Assembly: GCF_009914755.1 (NCBI RefSeq) | Contig: NC_060926.1 | Length of the DNA stretch: 64,000 nucleotides | Origin: the human T2T-CHM13v2.0 reference genome, Homo sapiens | Direction: 5' to 3' (one strand) | Part shown: positions 33,697 to 51,305 of the stretch, piece after piece | How the letters are laid out: every line of letters starts with the position of its first letter | Numbering within the stretch: the first letter of the stretch is position 1 | Position numbers and translations under genes: made by a program | Notes under the pieces: generated by a model | Seen by the model: only the letters and a program-made list of their open reading frames with translations | Database searches by the model: none | Told to the model about the DNA's origin: nothing

Positions 33697-34582
33697 GTTT
33701 TCACTCTGGTTCTTGTAAACCAGGAAAAAAAAATTAATGTTGCTTATGCCTTAATTTTGAACACTTTCCAAGACATGTCCTTCCTTTCAAAATATCTGTT
33801 CTGCAGTTAAACCCATACATATTATTTTATTTCATAGCCACAAATGACAAATGGGTTTGGAATTAGACTGGGACTTTCAAGTAATATGTCTTGAAAAATG
33901 GAGTCTACAAATCAAGACTTTGTAAGGTGGGGCACCCAGATGGCAGGTGTTTAGATGTGAAGCTAGGAGGCCAAGGTGCCCTGCACAATGGTGACCTCAC
34001 CTGTTCACCTAAGCCTGCTTGGGGGCTGTACAGCCAACCCAGAAGGGCATGAACCCTACATTCCAAAATATCAAATACCGAAGAATCAACTTGAAACTAG
34101 ATACATTTTGACTGCTACACAGAAAAATGATAAAATATTACTAAGAGAAATTAAAGAATATCTAAATAAATGAAATTGGGGATTTCAATCCAAGGAATTG
34201 AACTGAATTGATTGAATGAAGGGATTTCTCAATACAAGGGACTCATTCACAACAAGGGTAAAATAGCCCCGAAAGGGAAAAGTGTTAGGTTTTAGGATGA
34301 TAAAAAAATCTTCTTATATGCAAAGCAAAGATATACAGTATACCTGTGGTATTAAAATTTCACAGTAGGAGAAGTTAGGGAAAAAAGTAAAAAAAAAAAA
34401 CCGGGGGGCTCCTTCAGTTTCAGGGGGAGCATAGGAAAAAAATTGGAAAGAACTGGATAGGAGGTTTAAAGGTTTAATATTGTAAACATGTGAATCCTTC
34501 CAAATGATCTATAGATTCAATGCACTTCTAATCAAAATCCCAACAGGGTGTATGTCTGTGCATGTGTTTATGGGTGCACACT

Positions 34583-34620
<38 letters not shown>

Positions 34621-34960
34621 CAGACAGAATTGATAAGCTGGCAGTAAATGTGTATTGAAGAAAAAGGAAAGGTAAAAGGTGCTCGACCATATATCAAGGC
34701 CTATGATAACATTACAGTAATTAAGACAGCGTGGTACTGGTTCAACAATAGGCAAAGAGACTGATGGTATAAACTAGAGAACCCAGAAACAGATTCATGG
34801 ACATTTGAACGGTGGTTCACAGAACAGTGGAGAAAGGACTGTCTGTCAACGAATGCTTCTTAGATTTCCATATGAAAAAAATTAAAGCCAACCCTTAATT
34901 CATAATTTCTGATGGACTCTAGACATAAATATGAAAGGCAAATCAGCAACGTTTCTACAT

Positions 34961-35101
34961 CAGTGGTTCTTAAAGTGTAGTCTCCAGGCAGTGTTAGCAT
35001 CACCTGGGAACTTGTTAGGAATACAAATTCTCCAGCCTCACCCCAGACCTGCTGATTCAGGAAGTCTGGCAGTGGGGCCCAGCAAGCCATATTTTGACAA
35101 G
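34961..35101 (+). mobile_element. MER5A fragment
   Basis: CAGTGGTTCTTAAAGTG...AGCATCACCTGGGAACTTGTTAG. Confidence 0.8.
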
Positions 35102-35511
35102 AAAAGGCTTCTTAAACAAAACACAACTGTAAAGAATAAGATGTGTAAATAAAAATGTAGAATTTCTGTTCATCAAATGATAGCATGAAGAAAGTAAACA
35201 AAAAAAGCAAGCCACAGGGTGGAGGAAGAAACTCGCAAATCATAACTGACAAACACTCATATCCAGTATCCAGAAGGAACGCCTACTTTTCAATAAAGAA
35301 AAGGCAGACAGCCCAAAAGAAAAATGGTCCAGAGACCTGAACAGACATTTCTTAGAAGAAGACAGCCAAATGGCCAACCAAAGTGATAAGGTACTCATTG
35401 TCTTTAGAAATTAAAAAAAATTATAATTACAATACAGTCTGATTAGAAACCCACCAGAATACCTAAAATTAGAAAGACTGGCAACATTCAAGTGCTGATG
35501 AGAATGTAGAA

Positions 35512-36042
35512 CAGGGATTGGCCAGCTGTTCCTGTAAAGGGCCAGATAGTAATTTTCTTAGGCCTCGTAGTCAAGAGACAACATTTAGGATATTATGAAG
35601 GCAGGCACTTATATAACACGAGAAACTCTTGACTTTCTCCACCACATTTGACTGACGTGGACCAGTGAGGTGGTGGGAAGGCTTTGTCCTAGTTGTGGTT
35701 GGCTGGAAACCACCTGAAGGAAGAGGAATGGGTCTGAGGGGTCCCGACGGGGAGGAGAAGTGGGAACAGTCACCATGGTCACTTTCCCTCTCTGCCCCAG
35801 GTACACTTGATCTCAACATGCCCTTCTCTCCTGGGGAGACTGTGTCAATTTGATCAGCAGGCCAAAGAAGAGGCTGATAGTTTCTATCACTTGGTGTGCC
35901 AGCAGCTGCCAACAGCAGAGTCCCCAGAGTGTAGGTGTTGACCAGCCAGACCCCAGGCAGCAGTGAGGCATGGTTCACAGTGCTAGCCCAGTCCACTGGT
36001 GCACTCCATAATTGACTGTTGCTCATAGTTTGCTGACCTCTG
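35512..36042 (+). mobile_element. MER58-type hAT/Charlie element with atypical GC-richer interior
   Basis: TIR-like ends CAGGGATTGGCCAGC / GTTTGCTGACCTCTG, perfect 8-bp TSD ATGTAGAA (35504-35511 / 36043-36050), MER58C-like left arm. Confidence 0.8.
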
Positions 36043-36630
36043 ATGTAGAATAAGGGGAACTCTTTTAAACTGTAGGTAGGAGTAAAGTTAGTATACTGCT
36101 TTGGAAAACCACTGGTATTGTCTCCTAAAATACAAGCACAAAGCATACTCTGCAATTCCTAAGTGTACATCCAACAAAAATGCATGCACATGTGCATGCA
36201 GAGACATGTACGAAAATGTTTATAAGAGCATTAGTCATAAAAGCCAAAATGTGAAATCAATTATCAAATGTCCACCAGCATTAGAACTGGAAAATAAATG
36301 TTGAACTGTTCACATAACACAATTCTTTACAGCAATGAAAATGAAAAAAAAAAGTTGCCACTTCATGTGACAGAAATGAATCTGATGAAGAGAATGTTGA
36401 GAAAAAAATACATTCCATATGACTTCATTAATGTATGTGTGTAAGGTATGTATGTTTAGCTGATAAAACTACAAAGAAAAGCAAAGAATATATTACCATG
36501 AAAGATAGTATAGGAGCAAGAGAGTAGTGATGGTGCTTGGAAGGGAAGATGAGGATGCTTCTGCAATGTTGATAATATTGTATTTCCAGTCCTAGATGGT
36601 AGAAACAGTAGGGTTTGCATTGTCATAAAT

Positions 36631-36846
36631 CAGGGATTGGCAAACAATATGGCCCAAACCTAATCTCCCACCGATTATTGTGAACAAAACTTTATTAAAC
36701 CACAGCCCATGTTAGTTTACACATTGTCTGTATCTGTCTTTTTATTAACAATAGGAGACTTGAATAGTCCTAACAGACACCATATAGCCCATGAATTCTA
36801 ATATATTTACCATCCAGCCTTATACACAAAAATATGCCAACTCCTG
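36631..36846. mobile_element. MER58A-like hAT MITE
   Basis: CAGGGATTGGCAAAC...TGCCAACTCCTG termini. Confidence 0.7.
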
Positions 36847-38316
36847 TAACAAATCATTGAGCTGTACATTTCTATTTTGTATACTTTTCCTTATACATGT
36901 CATATTTTACAATTTTAACTATACATATTTAGTTATGTAGTTATAGATGTAACTACATTCCATGTTTAGCTCTGAATCATGTTTGACAATAGACATTCAA
37001 TGCATAAAACAACAATCAAATCAATTAGCTTCAAGAAAACAAAACCACTTTTCTTTAAATATATTCATTATGCAGACAAAATAAACTGTACTTGCCTCTA
37101 GAACTTATTTTATTCTCAATTTCCATATCTGCAAGAGAATGAATCATCAACTTTCATTCCAAATACTTGTTTGATGTATTGCTTAAAGCTGTTTTATAGA
37201 TTGCAGCATGACACTTGAAGGCACTTGATACAAGTGTCTGGCCACATGTTGTCAAGTCTCTATTTGAGTTTTTCTTAGAAGATTGAACTCACATATCTAT
37301 ACACTCAACAAAGGCACTATATTCAGTCATACTTTATTTATTCAGTGATGTGGAGCAAGGCAACTTTTGAACAGTTTGAGTTTCTCTCTCTCCATTTCAT
37401 AATTCATCCATTTAACAAAGATTTACTTACAGTCTACTATGCCAAAACTTATATTTTCAGCATTTTAATGCAAGTGTTTCTGAAATATGTTACATCGTCC
37501 TCTGCCTTTTACACAGAGTTTGACCATTTAATCTTTTATGACTCAGCCTCATTACAGAATCAAACTATACACCAAAATGCGATTTTTAAAATTCTGTTTT
37601 AACTGAGAAGTCTTTTCTAGAATTCCAACCAACAAAATAGATACAAAGAAGAGTTGAAGAGAGAGATGGGTGTGCAACAGAGTCCCACCCACTAGGAATT
37701 CCTGAGACGACATAGAACCATAAGATTCCAGGAATAGCCATTGGAAACCACTGATCATTTAGTAACACTCTCAAGAACTGCTGAGAGATAAAGGCTGCTC
37801 CCGTACTCAACAATCCTAAATTTTGTTCTGAAATTGCTGTCTTTTTTTTTAAGTGTGTTTTATAGTGTCCTTCTTAATGTCAACAATCGCTTCTTGCTGA
37901 ATCAGTGTAGATCCCTGTATCTGTGCTCTGTCCACCCACTAACCCTCAACATCCGTGGTTTCTGTAGATTGGGAAAATAAAGTCCCCAGGCTTTCTAGAA
38001 GTGTGGGAAAATTAAAAGTCCACACACTAACAGGCCTCGAGAGACTTTCTCAAGTAAAGGACATGGGCTTTACATTCTGGACCTTGAATGATCTCTCTTG
38101 ATGGTCAAACACCTATTTTTCTGTCTAATTTCCAGATTACCAACAGGATATTAGAAGCTAGGTGACACTTATATAAGTAAGGACATTTTCTATCATCAAG
38201 ACGAAAATGGATTTGCATTGCAGATGGTGATTTTAATTTCTCAAGTGAGAAAACGTTTCTAGAATCTCTTAGTCGTATCTACTAGTAACTTGTTGCTATT
38301 ATTATCATTATTATGA

Positions 38317-38460
38317 TTTAGAGACAGAATCTCACTGTCTCCAGGATGGAGTGCAGTGACGCAATCACAGTTCACTGCAGCTTCGCACTCAACTTTAAGT
38401 GATCCTCCTGCCACAGACTCGCAAGTAGCTGGAACTACAAGCATGGGCCACCATACCTGG
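38317..38460 (-). mobile_element. FLAM / Alu monomer
   Basis: Single antisense Alu-like monomer with (TTA)n tail. Confidence 0.8.
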
Positions 38461-38535
38461 AAAAATCTTTGCTCTTCACCCAACAGTCTTAGAGTTTGTC
38501 AAATAAAAGAAGTTCTCTCTAGAAACAGACTGTTA

Positions 38536-38853
<318 letters not shown>

Positions 38854-39448
38854 TTAAATCCATTCTAATAAGATATGTTTGACCCTGGCACTTCAAAGCC
38901 CTGCTAATGGCAGCCATATTGGCAAATTGATATCCTTTGCTGATATTATGAAAGCATTGGGAAAAGGAATGCATTAAATGCATTTATAAGAGAAACTTCT
39001 TAAACATGCTTATACAGCAAGCAAACCACAAAGGTACCCTGACTCAGTTACATCCAATGACCAGTTACCCAAAAAAAGTCAGTTCAATAACTTAATCCTG
39101 GCAAGATATTCCTCCAGGGAATTAAAATATCCTGTGACTTAAACTTTGAGTTTCTTTCATATTGCAAAACATTTTGTCTGTAAAGAAACTGTGGGGTTTG
39201 GGAAAACCACATTTTTAATGGGACTGACTGTAATACCTTATTTCACATATGTAAAAATCTGAAAGATAGACAATATCTGATAGGACATCTCTATCCATCA
39301 GATTTGTGATGCATAAACCCTTCCTGACAATTCGTGCCAAGTAATTATCCTTTTTTTCCTTGCATACAGGGTCAAAGAACTTCCTGGATTAGTTCTACAT
39401 TTATTTAATCCTTACCAGAATATATTCATTTATTAAGTATTTGCGTTT

Positions 39449-40467
39449 GGGAGGAGGAGCCAAGATGGCCGAATAGGAACAGCTCCTGTCTACAGCTCCC
39501 AGCGTGAGCGACGCAGAAGACGGGTGATTTCTGCATTTCCATCTGAGGTACCAGGTTCATCTCACTAGGGAGTGCCAGACAGTGGGCGCAGGTCAGTGGG
39601 TGCGCGCACCGTGCGCGAGCCGAAGCAGGGTGAGGCATTGCCTCACTCGGGAAGTGCAAGGGGTCAGGGAGTTCTCTTTCTGAGTCAAAGAAAGGGGTGA
39701 CGGAGGGCACCTGGAAAATCGGGTCACTCCCACCCAAATACTGCGCTTTTCCGACGGGCTTAAAAAGCGGCGCACCACGAGATTATATCCCGCACCTGGC
39801 TCAGAGGGTCGTACGCCCACGGAGTCTCGCTGATTGCTAGCACAGCAGTCTGAGATCAAACTGCAAGGCAGCAGCGAGGCTGGAGGAGGGGTGCCCGCCA
39901 TTGCCCAGGCTTGCTTAGGTAAACAAAGCAGCCGGGAAGCTCGAACTGGGTGGAGCCCACCACAGCTCAAGGAGGCCTGCCTGCCTCTGTAGGCTCCACC
40001 TCTGGGGGCAGGGCACAGACAAACAAAAAGACAGCAGTAACCTCTGCAGACTTCAATGTCCCCATCTGACAGCTTTGAAGAGAGCAGTGGTTCTCCCAGC
40101 ACGCAGCTGGAGATCTGAGAAGGGGCAGACTGCCTCCTCAAGTGGGTCCCTGACCCCTGACCCCCGAGCAGCCTAACTGGGAGGCATCCCCCAGTAGGGG
40201 CAGACTGACACCTCACATGGCCGGGTACTCCTCTGAGACAAAACTTCCAGAGAATTCGTGGTTCACGAAAAACCGCTGTTCTGCAGACACTGCTGCTGAT
40301 ACCCAGGCAAACAGGGTGTAGAGTGGACCTCTAGCAAACTCCAACAGACCTGCAGCTGAGGGTCTTGTCTGTTAGAAGGAAAACTAACAAACAGAAAGGA
40401 CATCCACACCAAAAACCCATCTGTACATCACCATCATCAAAGAAGAAAAGTAGAGAAAACCACAAAG
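39449..40467 (+). promoter_or_regulatory. L1 5'UTR internal sense/antisense promoter, CpG-rich, intact YY1 site
   Basis: AAGATGGCC at 39462-39470; many CpGs retained at 39500-39950. Confidence 0.85.
39593..39901 (-). CDS. L1 antisense ORF0-like frame, 102 aa, C-terminally extended
   Basis: ATG at 39901; MAGTPPPASLLPCSLISDCCASNQRDSVGV... matches the ORF0 N-terminus. Expression unknown. Confidence 0.5.
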   Translation of the reverse strand: MAGTPPPASLLPCSLISDCCASNQRDSVGVRPSEPGAGYNLVVRRFLSPSEKRSIWVGVTRFSRCPPSPLSLTQKENSLTPCTSRVRQCLTLLRLAHGARTH

Positions 40468-41483
40468 ACGGGGAAAAAACAGAACAGAAAAACTGGAAAC
40501 TCTAAAAAGCAGAGCATCTCTCCTCCTCCAAAGGAACGCAGTTCCTCACCAGCAACAGAACAAAGCTGGATGGAGAATGACTTTGATGAGTTGAGAGAAG
40601 AAGACTTCAAATGATCAAACAACTCCGAGCTACAGGAGGAAATTCAAACCAAAGGCAAAGAAGTTGAAAACTTTGAAAAAAATTTAGAAGAATGTATAAC
40701 TAGAATAACCAATACAGAGAAGTGCTTAAAGGAGCTGATGGAGTTTAAGCCAATGCTCGAGAACTATGTGAAGAATGCAGAAGCCTCAGGAGCCGATGCA
40801 ATCAACTGGAAGAAAGGGTATCAGTGATGGAAGATGAAATGAATGAACTGAAGCAAGAAGGGAAGTTTAGAGAAAAAAGAATAAAAAGGAATGAACAAAG
40901 CCTCCAAGAAATATGGGACTATGTGAAAAGACCAAATCTACGTCTGACTGGTGTACCTGAAAGTGACGGGGAGAATGGAACCAAGTTGGAAAACACTCTG
41001 CAGGATATTATCCAGGAGAATTTCCCCAATCTAGCAAGGCAGGCCAACCTTCAGATTCAGGAAATACAGAGAATGCCACAAAGATACTCCTCGAGACAAG
41101 CAACTCCAAGACACATAATTGTCAGATTCACCAAAGTTGAAATGAAGGAAAAAACGTTAAGGGCAGCCAGAGAGAAAGGTCAGGTTACCTACAAAGGGAA
41201 GCCCATCAGACTAACAGAGGATCGCTCGGCAGAAACTCTACAAGCCAGAAGAGAGTGGGGGCCAATATTCAACATTCTTAAAGAAAAGAATTTTCAACCC
41301 AGAATTTCATATCCAGCCAAACTAAGCTTCATAAGTGAAGGAGAAATAAAATGCTTTACAGACAAGCAAATGCTGAGAGATTTTGTCACCACCAGGCCTG
41401 CCCTAAAAGAGCTCCTGAAGGAGGCACTAAACATGGAAAGGAACAACCAGTACCAGCCACTGCAAAATCATGCCAAAATGTAA
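40468..41483 (+). pseudogene. L1 ORF1p, disabled
   Basis: Start codon ATG>ACG (40468), in-frame TGA at 40612, frameshift near 40745. C-terminal 219 aa still open (WDYVKRPNLR, ARREWGPIF). Confidence 0.92.
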
Positions 41484-41546
41484 AGACCATCGAGACTAGG
41501 AAGAAACTGCATCAACTAACGAGCAAAATAACCAGCTAACATCATA

Positions 41547-45376
<3,830 letters not shown>

Positions 45377-45976
45377 ACAATGAGAACACATGGACACAGG
45401 AAGGGGAACATCACACTCTGGGGACTGTTGTGGGGTGGGGTGAGGGGGAGGGATAGCATTGGGAGATATACCTTAATGCTAGATGACGAGTTAGTGGGTG
45501 CAGCGCACCAGCATGGTGCATGTATACATATGTAACTAACCTGCACATTGTGCACATGTACCCTAAAACTTAAAGTATAATAATAATTTTTTTAAAAAGT
45601 ATTTGGTTTGGTACAAATTTTATTTTTGATTCAATATGGGTTTCACTGAAAAGTCAATAGATTTTTCAGTAAAAACCATAAAATCCTTGCTAATGCTTGG
45701 GAATAATTAGACTTCAGATGAGTAATGTTAAACCTATGGGAGTCAATTCAAAATATAAGCAGAATAAACAGATAATCTTTCATTTCTTCAGGATAATATA
45801 GCGTTACTACCTGTATCTTATTTCAAATACTGTAAATGTCTCCCACCAAAAGAAATCATTTAAATAAAAATAACAATATTTTAAACTAATGCATAATCTG
45901 ACCATTAGTATGTATCTAAATATGAGAAATATGTATCTAAAAATTAAAATGGATGGCCCAGATTAATAAAAAATAC

Positions 45977-46335
45977 TACTGTGTTCTGAATATTTGTGTC
46001 CCTCCAAAATTCATATGTTAAAACCTAATCCTGGAAGAGATTAGTATTAAGAGTTGAGGTCTTTGGGAGGTGAGTAGGTCACAAATCAGATTAGAGTGGG
46101 ATTAGTGTCTTTATAAAAGAGTCCTAAGGGAGCTTATTTGCCCCTCCCACCATGTGAGGACACAGGGAGAAGGGACCACCTATGAACCAGGAAGCAGATG
46201 TTCATGAGATACTGAATCTGCCAGCACCCTGATCTTGAACTTTCAGCCTCCAGAACTGTGGGAAATTAATGTCTGTTGTTTAGAAGCCACCCGATTCATG
46301 TAATTTTGTTGTGGCAACCTGAACAGACTAAAACA
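45977..46335 (+). mobile_element. MLT1A-like solo LTR
   Basis: GTGTCCCTCCAAAATTCATATGTT...CAGACTAAAACA; TSD AATAC (45972-45976 / 46336-46340). Confidence 0.85.
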
Positions 46336-46641
46336 AATACTTTATGGTTACAGATCATATCCCCTTTGAGCAATTAGTTATTCATTTGAAAAAAACTCAG
46401 GATTCTGGAAATAGAAGATCTAAAGGAAAATTTGGGATAAGTCTGATATAAAGAATGGAATCTTAAGAAATCCACCACCTACTCATCACACACCTCACAA
46501 ATTCTCAGCTATTCTAGCTCATTGACAAGGTGGAGAACCAAAGTTAACTCTTTTTTTTCCTTTAAGGAGAAATGAACCATATTTTTATTACTATAACCAA
46601 TATCAAATTTATATTCAAAACCATCACCAGTCTTTTAGAAG

Positions 46642-46945
46642 GGCTGGTCACAGTGGCTCATGCCTGTAATCCCAGCACTTCTGGAGGCTGAGGAAGGAGG
46701 ATTACTTGATCCCAGGAGTACAAGACCAGGCTAAGCAACATAGGGAGACCCCATCTCTACAAAACATTTTTTAAAATTAGCCTGGTGTGATAGCACTCAC
46801 CTGTGGTCCTAGAGACTCAGCAGGCTGAGACGGGAGAATCACTTGAGCCCAGGAGGTCAAGGCTGCAGTGAACCATGATCATGCCACTATACTCCAGCCT
46901 AAGTGTCAAAACAAGACCCTGTCTCAAAGAAAGAAAAAAAAAGAA
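46642..46945 (+). mobile_element. AluJ
   Basis: GAGCCCAGGAGGTCAAGGCTGCAGTGA J-type diagnostics. Confidence 0.93.
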
Positions 46946-47171
46946 GCAGTAAAAGCATAAAAGATTATTGAATATTACAGTAAAAAAAATTGATAAAACT
47001 CGGAGTACATCAAAGCCACTTAGGCTGCTGCATTTTGAGTGAAAATGTCTGTAGGAAAAATCCAAACTTTAAATGAGGACTGAGGCACCCCTCTCATTTG
47101 CACTAGGGATAGTTTATCAGTTGTACTTGTCATTAGAGACTGTGGTCCTTGAAATCAGACAGAAATGCTTT

Positions 47172-47190
47172 CAGGGCCCCCTGGTGGTGA
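47172..47190 (-). promoter_or_regulatory. Strong candidate CTCF motif
   Basis: Minus strand reads TCACCACCAGGGGGCCCTG versus consensus CCACCAGGGGGCGC; lies in unique sequence. Confidence 0.55.
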
Positions 47191-47835
47191 TTTAAAGACC
47201 TTGACAGTAAGATCAAAATGTCCATGAATCAAATAAGCTAAGGTAACCAGGTTTTGGAAACTCCTATGTTCTCCAAATGACTCTTAATGTTTTCAATACT
47301 TATAGTTTGTCTGTCTCAACCAAAATTGATTCAATCTCTTTATATGTAGTCTTCTACAAAAGAAAAAATGTTTTTTCTTGCCTTTCAGTTTGCTGCAACT
47401 TAACAAAGAAAATAAACATTTAGTATCTTCACATGAAGAATCCTCTCTGTTTCTCTGTTTAGATAATTTTAACCAAAAATATCGACCTTATACAACACCA
47501 TGGTTAGTGTTTCACAATAAAAACTCATAAATCTGTGTATGATTCTATCTATTTACTTCTCCTCGGCACTGGGAAATGAATTACTGTTGAAGCAAATCTT
47601 TTAAATGTCAATATGTTGCTAAAAGTGGTGAATTTAATAGCATAAAAAGGACATAACTGATTTTCATCAAGAATTGCAACCCAGAAAAGGAGTTACTCAG
47701 TGGCCTATTAGAGTTAGAATACTCTACCCAGCCAGTTGAGATTGATCTAATAAACCACCTCTCTAAAGCTACCTGAAAGGTAGACTGACTATTTAGTAGA
47801 ACCCAGATTCACCAAAGCACCTGCTCAAAGGTGCC

Positions 47836-48207
47836 TGTATTAGTCCATTCTCACACTGCTAATAAATACATACCAAAGACTGAGTAATTTATAAAGGAAA
47901 GAGGTTTAACTGACTCACAGTTCTACATGGCTGGGGAGGAAACTTACAATCATGGTGTAACAGTAAGCAAACAAGTCTGTATTCACATGGCAGCAGGAGA
48001 GAGAAGTGATGAGCAAAGTGGGGAAAGCCCCTTATAAAACTATCAGCTCTCATGAGAACTCACTCACTATCACTAGAACAGCATGTGGGAACTGACCCCA
48101 TGATCTAATCACCTCCCATGAGGTCCTTCCCCCAACACATGGGGATTACAATTCAGATTACAATTCAATATGAGCTTTGGGTGGGGACACAGAGCCAGAC
48201 CATATTA
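47836..48207 (-). mobile_element. MSTA/THE1-type MaLR solo LTR
   Basis: TGTATTAGTCCATTCTCACACTGCT...GGGGACACAGAGCCAGACCATAT; TSD GTGCC/GTCCC. Appears to interrupt a MER5-like element. Confidence 0.88.
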
Positions 48208-48874
48208 GTCCCCTACCCTTGGCTGAACATTATAATCAACTGGGGATTATTTTTTAAATGAGGAAACTAGCCTACTTACAGAGATTGTGATTTAATTGGC
48301 CTGGGCTGAGGCCAGGACATCCGTACTTTGTAAAAGCCCCTCGGGACATTCTTAAGGACAGCCAAGGTGGAGAACCACTGCATAGAGGATGCACTTATTC
48401 TCAAGACCCCCTAAGCAAGGCATTTCAGGCTGCTCCTATCTGACTGTAGCTGAGTCCATACTATAAAGTAGCACTTTCTTCATTCACCTTTCTCCACTTC
48501 TGATGTTTCTCCCTCTTTGTGATTATAATTACAATGCAAGATTATAATTGCAAGATTGTGAGGTAGTCAATAATAAGCTTTACCTTACTATTGAATATGT
48601 CATGTTTATAGCCAATTACAAATTTGAAAATCTCATTGTTCACAGAAATTATAAAAGTTGAGCTACACAGAAAATTTTGGAGTTATAAAGTTGGTAAGTT
48701 AGTGTTTTTTATGTTGTCCAATCATCAGATACTGAAGTTGACTGGGGAACTTCTCTGCAGGGTTTTGTTGTAAATTAATAACCTTTTGAAACATTTTGAT
48801 CCTTGGCTTCTGTGACACCACATTCTCTTCTTACCCTGCCATTCTCTCTGGTTACTCCTTGCCATTCTTATACT

Positions 48875-49359
<485 letters not shown>

Positions 49360-49695
49360 TCCTACATTACATGTTGAAGTTGCTCAAGGCTCTATCCTAG
49401 GCTCTCCTCTCATTTTAATCTACACCCTCTCCTTCACAATTACAGCCAAGAATGCCCCCAATATTACAAAAATAATCCCACATTTCTATCTCTGGCCAGA
49501 CTTCTGGTAAGTTTCTTCCAGGCTCCAATTGGCTACTCAACACCTCAACTTTGCGGTCTTATCAGCATCACCATCTCAACGTTCCAAGGCCAGATTTGTG
49601 GATCTTGAACCTACCCAAGCCTGGTTGTCTTCCTCTTCCAGCATTCTGTAACATAGTGAATGCCTTCATCACTCAATTGTACAAGCCAAAATCTT

Positions 49696-50487
49696 TTTTT
49701 ATTTATTTTATTATTATTATACTATAAGTTTTACGGTGCATGTGCACAACATGCAGGTTTGTTACATATGTATACATATGTGCCATGTTGGTGTGCTGCA
49801 CCCATTAATTCATCATTTAGCATTAGGTATATCTCCTAATGCTATCCCTCCCCCCACCCCCCACTCCGCAACAGTCCCCGGTGTGTGATGTTCCCCTTCC
49901 TGTGTCCATGTGTTCTCATTGTTCAATTCCCACCTATGAGTGAGAACATGCGGTGTTTGGTTTTTTGTCCTTGAGATACTTTGCTGAGAATGATGGTTTC
50001 CTGTTTCATCCATGTCCCTACAAAGGAAATGAACTCATCATTTTTTATAGCTGCATAGTATTCCATGGTGTATATGTGCCACATTCTCTTAATCCAGTCT
50101 ATCATTGTTGGACATTTGGGTTGGTTCCAAGTTTTTGCTATTGTGAATAGTGCCGCAATGAACATACGTGTGCATGTGTCTTTATAGCAGCATGATTTAT
50201 AATCCTTTGGGTATATACCCAGTAATGGGATGGCTGGGTCAAATGGTATTTCTAGTTCTAGATCCCTGAGGAATCGCCACACTGACTTCCACAATGGTTG
50301 AACTAGTTTACAGTCCCACCAACAGTGTAAAAGTGTTCCTATTTCTCCACATCCTCTCCAGCACCTGTTGTTTCCTGACTTTTTAATGATCGCCATTCTA
50401 ACTGGTGTGGGATGGTATCTCATTGTGGTTTTGATTTGCATTTCTCTGATTACCAGTGATGATGATCATTTTTTCATGTGTTTTTTG
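49696..50487 (-). mobile_element. 5'-truncated L1 (L1PA4-like)
   Basis: ORF2 C-terminal 172 aa and 3'UTR; perfect 15-bp TSD ACAAGCCAAAATCTT (49681-49695 / 50488-50502). Confidence 0.95.
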
Positions 50488-50594
50488 ACAAGCCAAAATC
50501 TTATGATTCATCATTGACACCATCCTGTCCCTCCTGCCCATGACTAATAAGCAATTTATTCCAAGGTCTATCTATTTTTACCTTATAAATTTTT

Positions 50595-50745
50595 TAAAAT
50601 TTTTATTTTAACTTTTCTGCATAATAGTAGGTAGATATAGATATAGGTATATATGGGGTACATGAGATGTTTTGATACAAGCATGCAATGTGTAATAATC
50701 ACATCATGTAAAATGGGGATATCCATCTCTTCAAGTATTTATCCA
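50595..50745 (-). mobile_element. L1MA 3' fragment
   Basis: GGGGTACATGAGATGTTTTGATACAAGCATGCAATGTGTAATAATCACATC. Confidence 0.75.
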
Positions 50746-50854
50746 AAAACTATAATTGAATTGTTTACTGCCTAATTTTTTTGCAAATATGTTCACTTTT
50801 CTCATAACTGCTACCTTCACCCTAATCCAGACCATAGCCATCTCTCACCTGGAC

Positions 50855-51305
50855 TATTTTAGTTTGTTTTGTGTTGCCATAACAGAATACCTGAGACTGG
50901 CTAATTTATAAAGAAAAGAGGTTTATGTAGCCCATGGTTCTGCAGGCTGGGAAGTTCAAGGACATGGCTCTGACTTCTGAAGAGGGCTTTCATACTGCAT
51001 CAGAACACAGAGGAGAAGATCAAAGAAAAAGCAGACACATTGAAAGAGAGAGAGCTCAAGGGGCCTCCTGGCTTTATAAAAATGCACTGTCATGGGAACT
51101 AATCCATTCCCACAAGAACCAATCCAGCCTCACCAGAATGAGAACTCAGTCACTACCAAAAGAAAGGAACCAAGCCATTCAAGATCATTCAGGATCTGCA
51201 CCCATAACATAAACACCTCTCACTTGGCCCCATCTCCCAACACCACAACATTGGAGATCAAATTTTAACATAAGTTTTGATGGGACAAACCACATCCAAA
51301 TGGAA
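50855..51305 (-). mobile_element. MST (B/C-like) MaLR LTR
   Basis: ATAACAGAATACCTGAGACTGG...AATTTATAAAGAAAAGAGG...ACAAACCACATCCAAA. Confidence 0.8.

Larger units (their letters stand above)
34110..36920 (+). mobile_element. Fragmented old L1M (ORF2 3' half and 3' end) with nested hAT elements
   Basis: TATAGATTCAATGCA, ACAGTAATTAAGACAGCGTGGTACTGG and CTGAACAGACATTTC in colinear order. (TG)n(AG)n at 34583-34628. Confidence 0.75.

Noticed and set aside
35571-36155. 194-aa minus-strand ORF
   Set aside because: Crosses the L1M/hAT boundary and has no recognisable homology; likely a chance frame.
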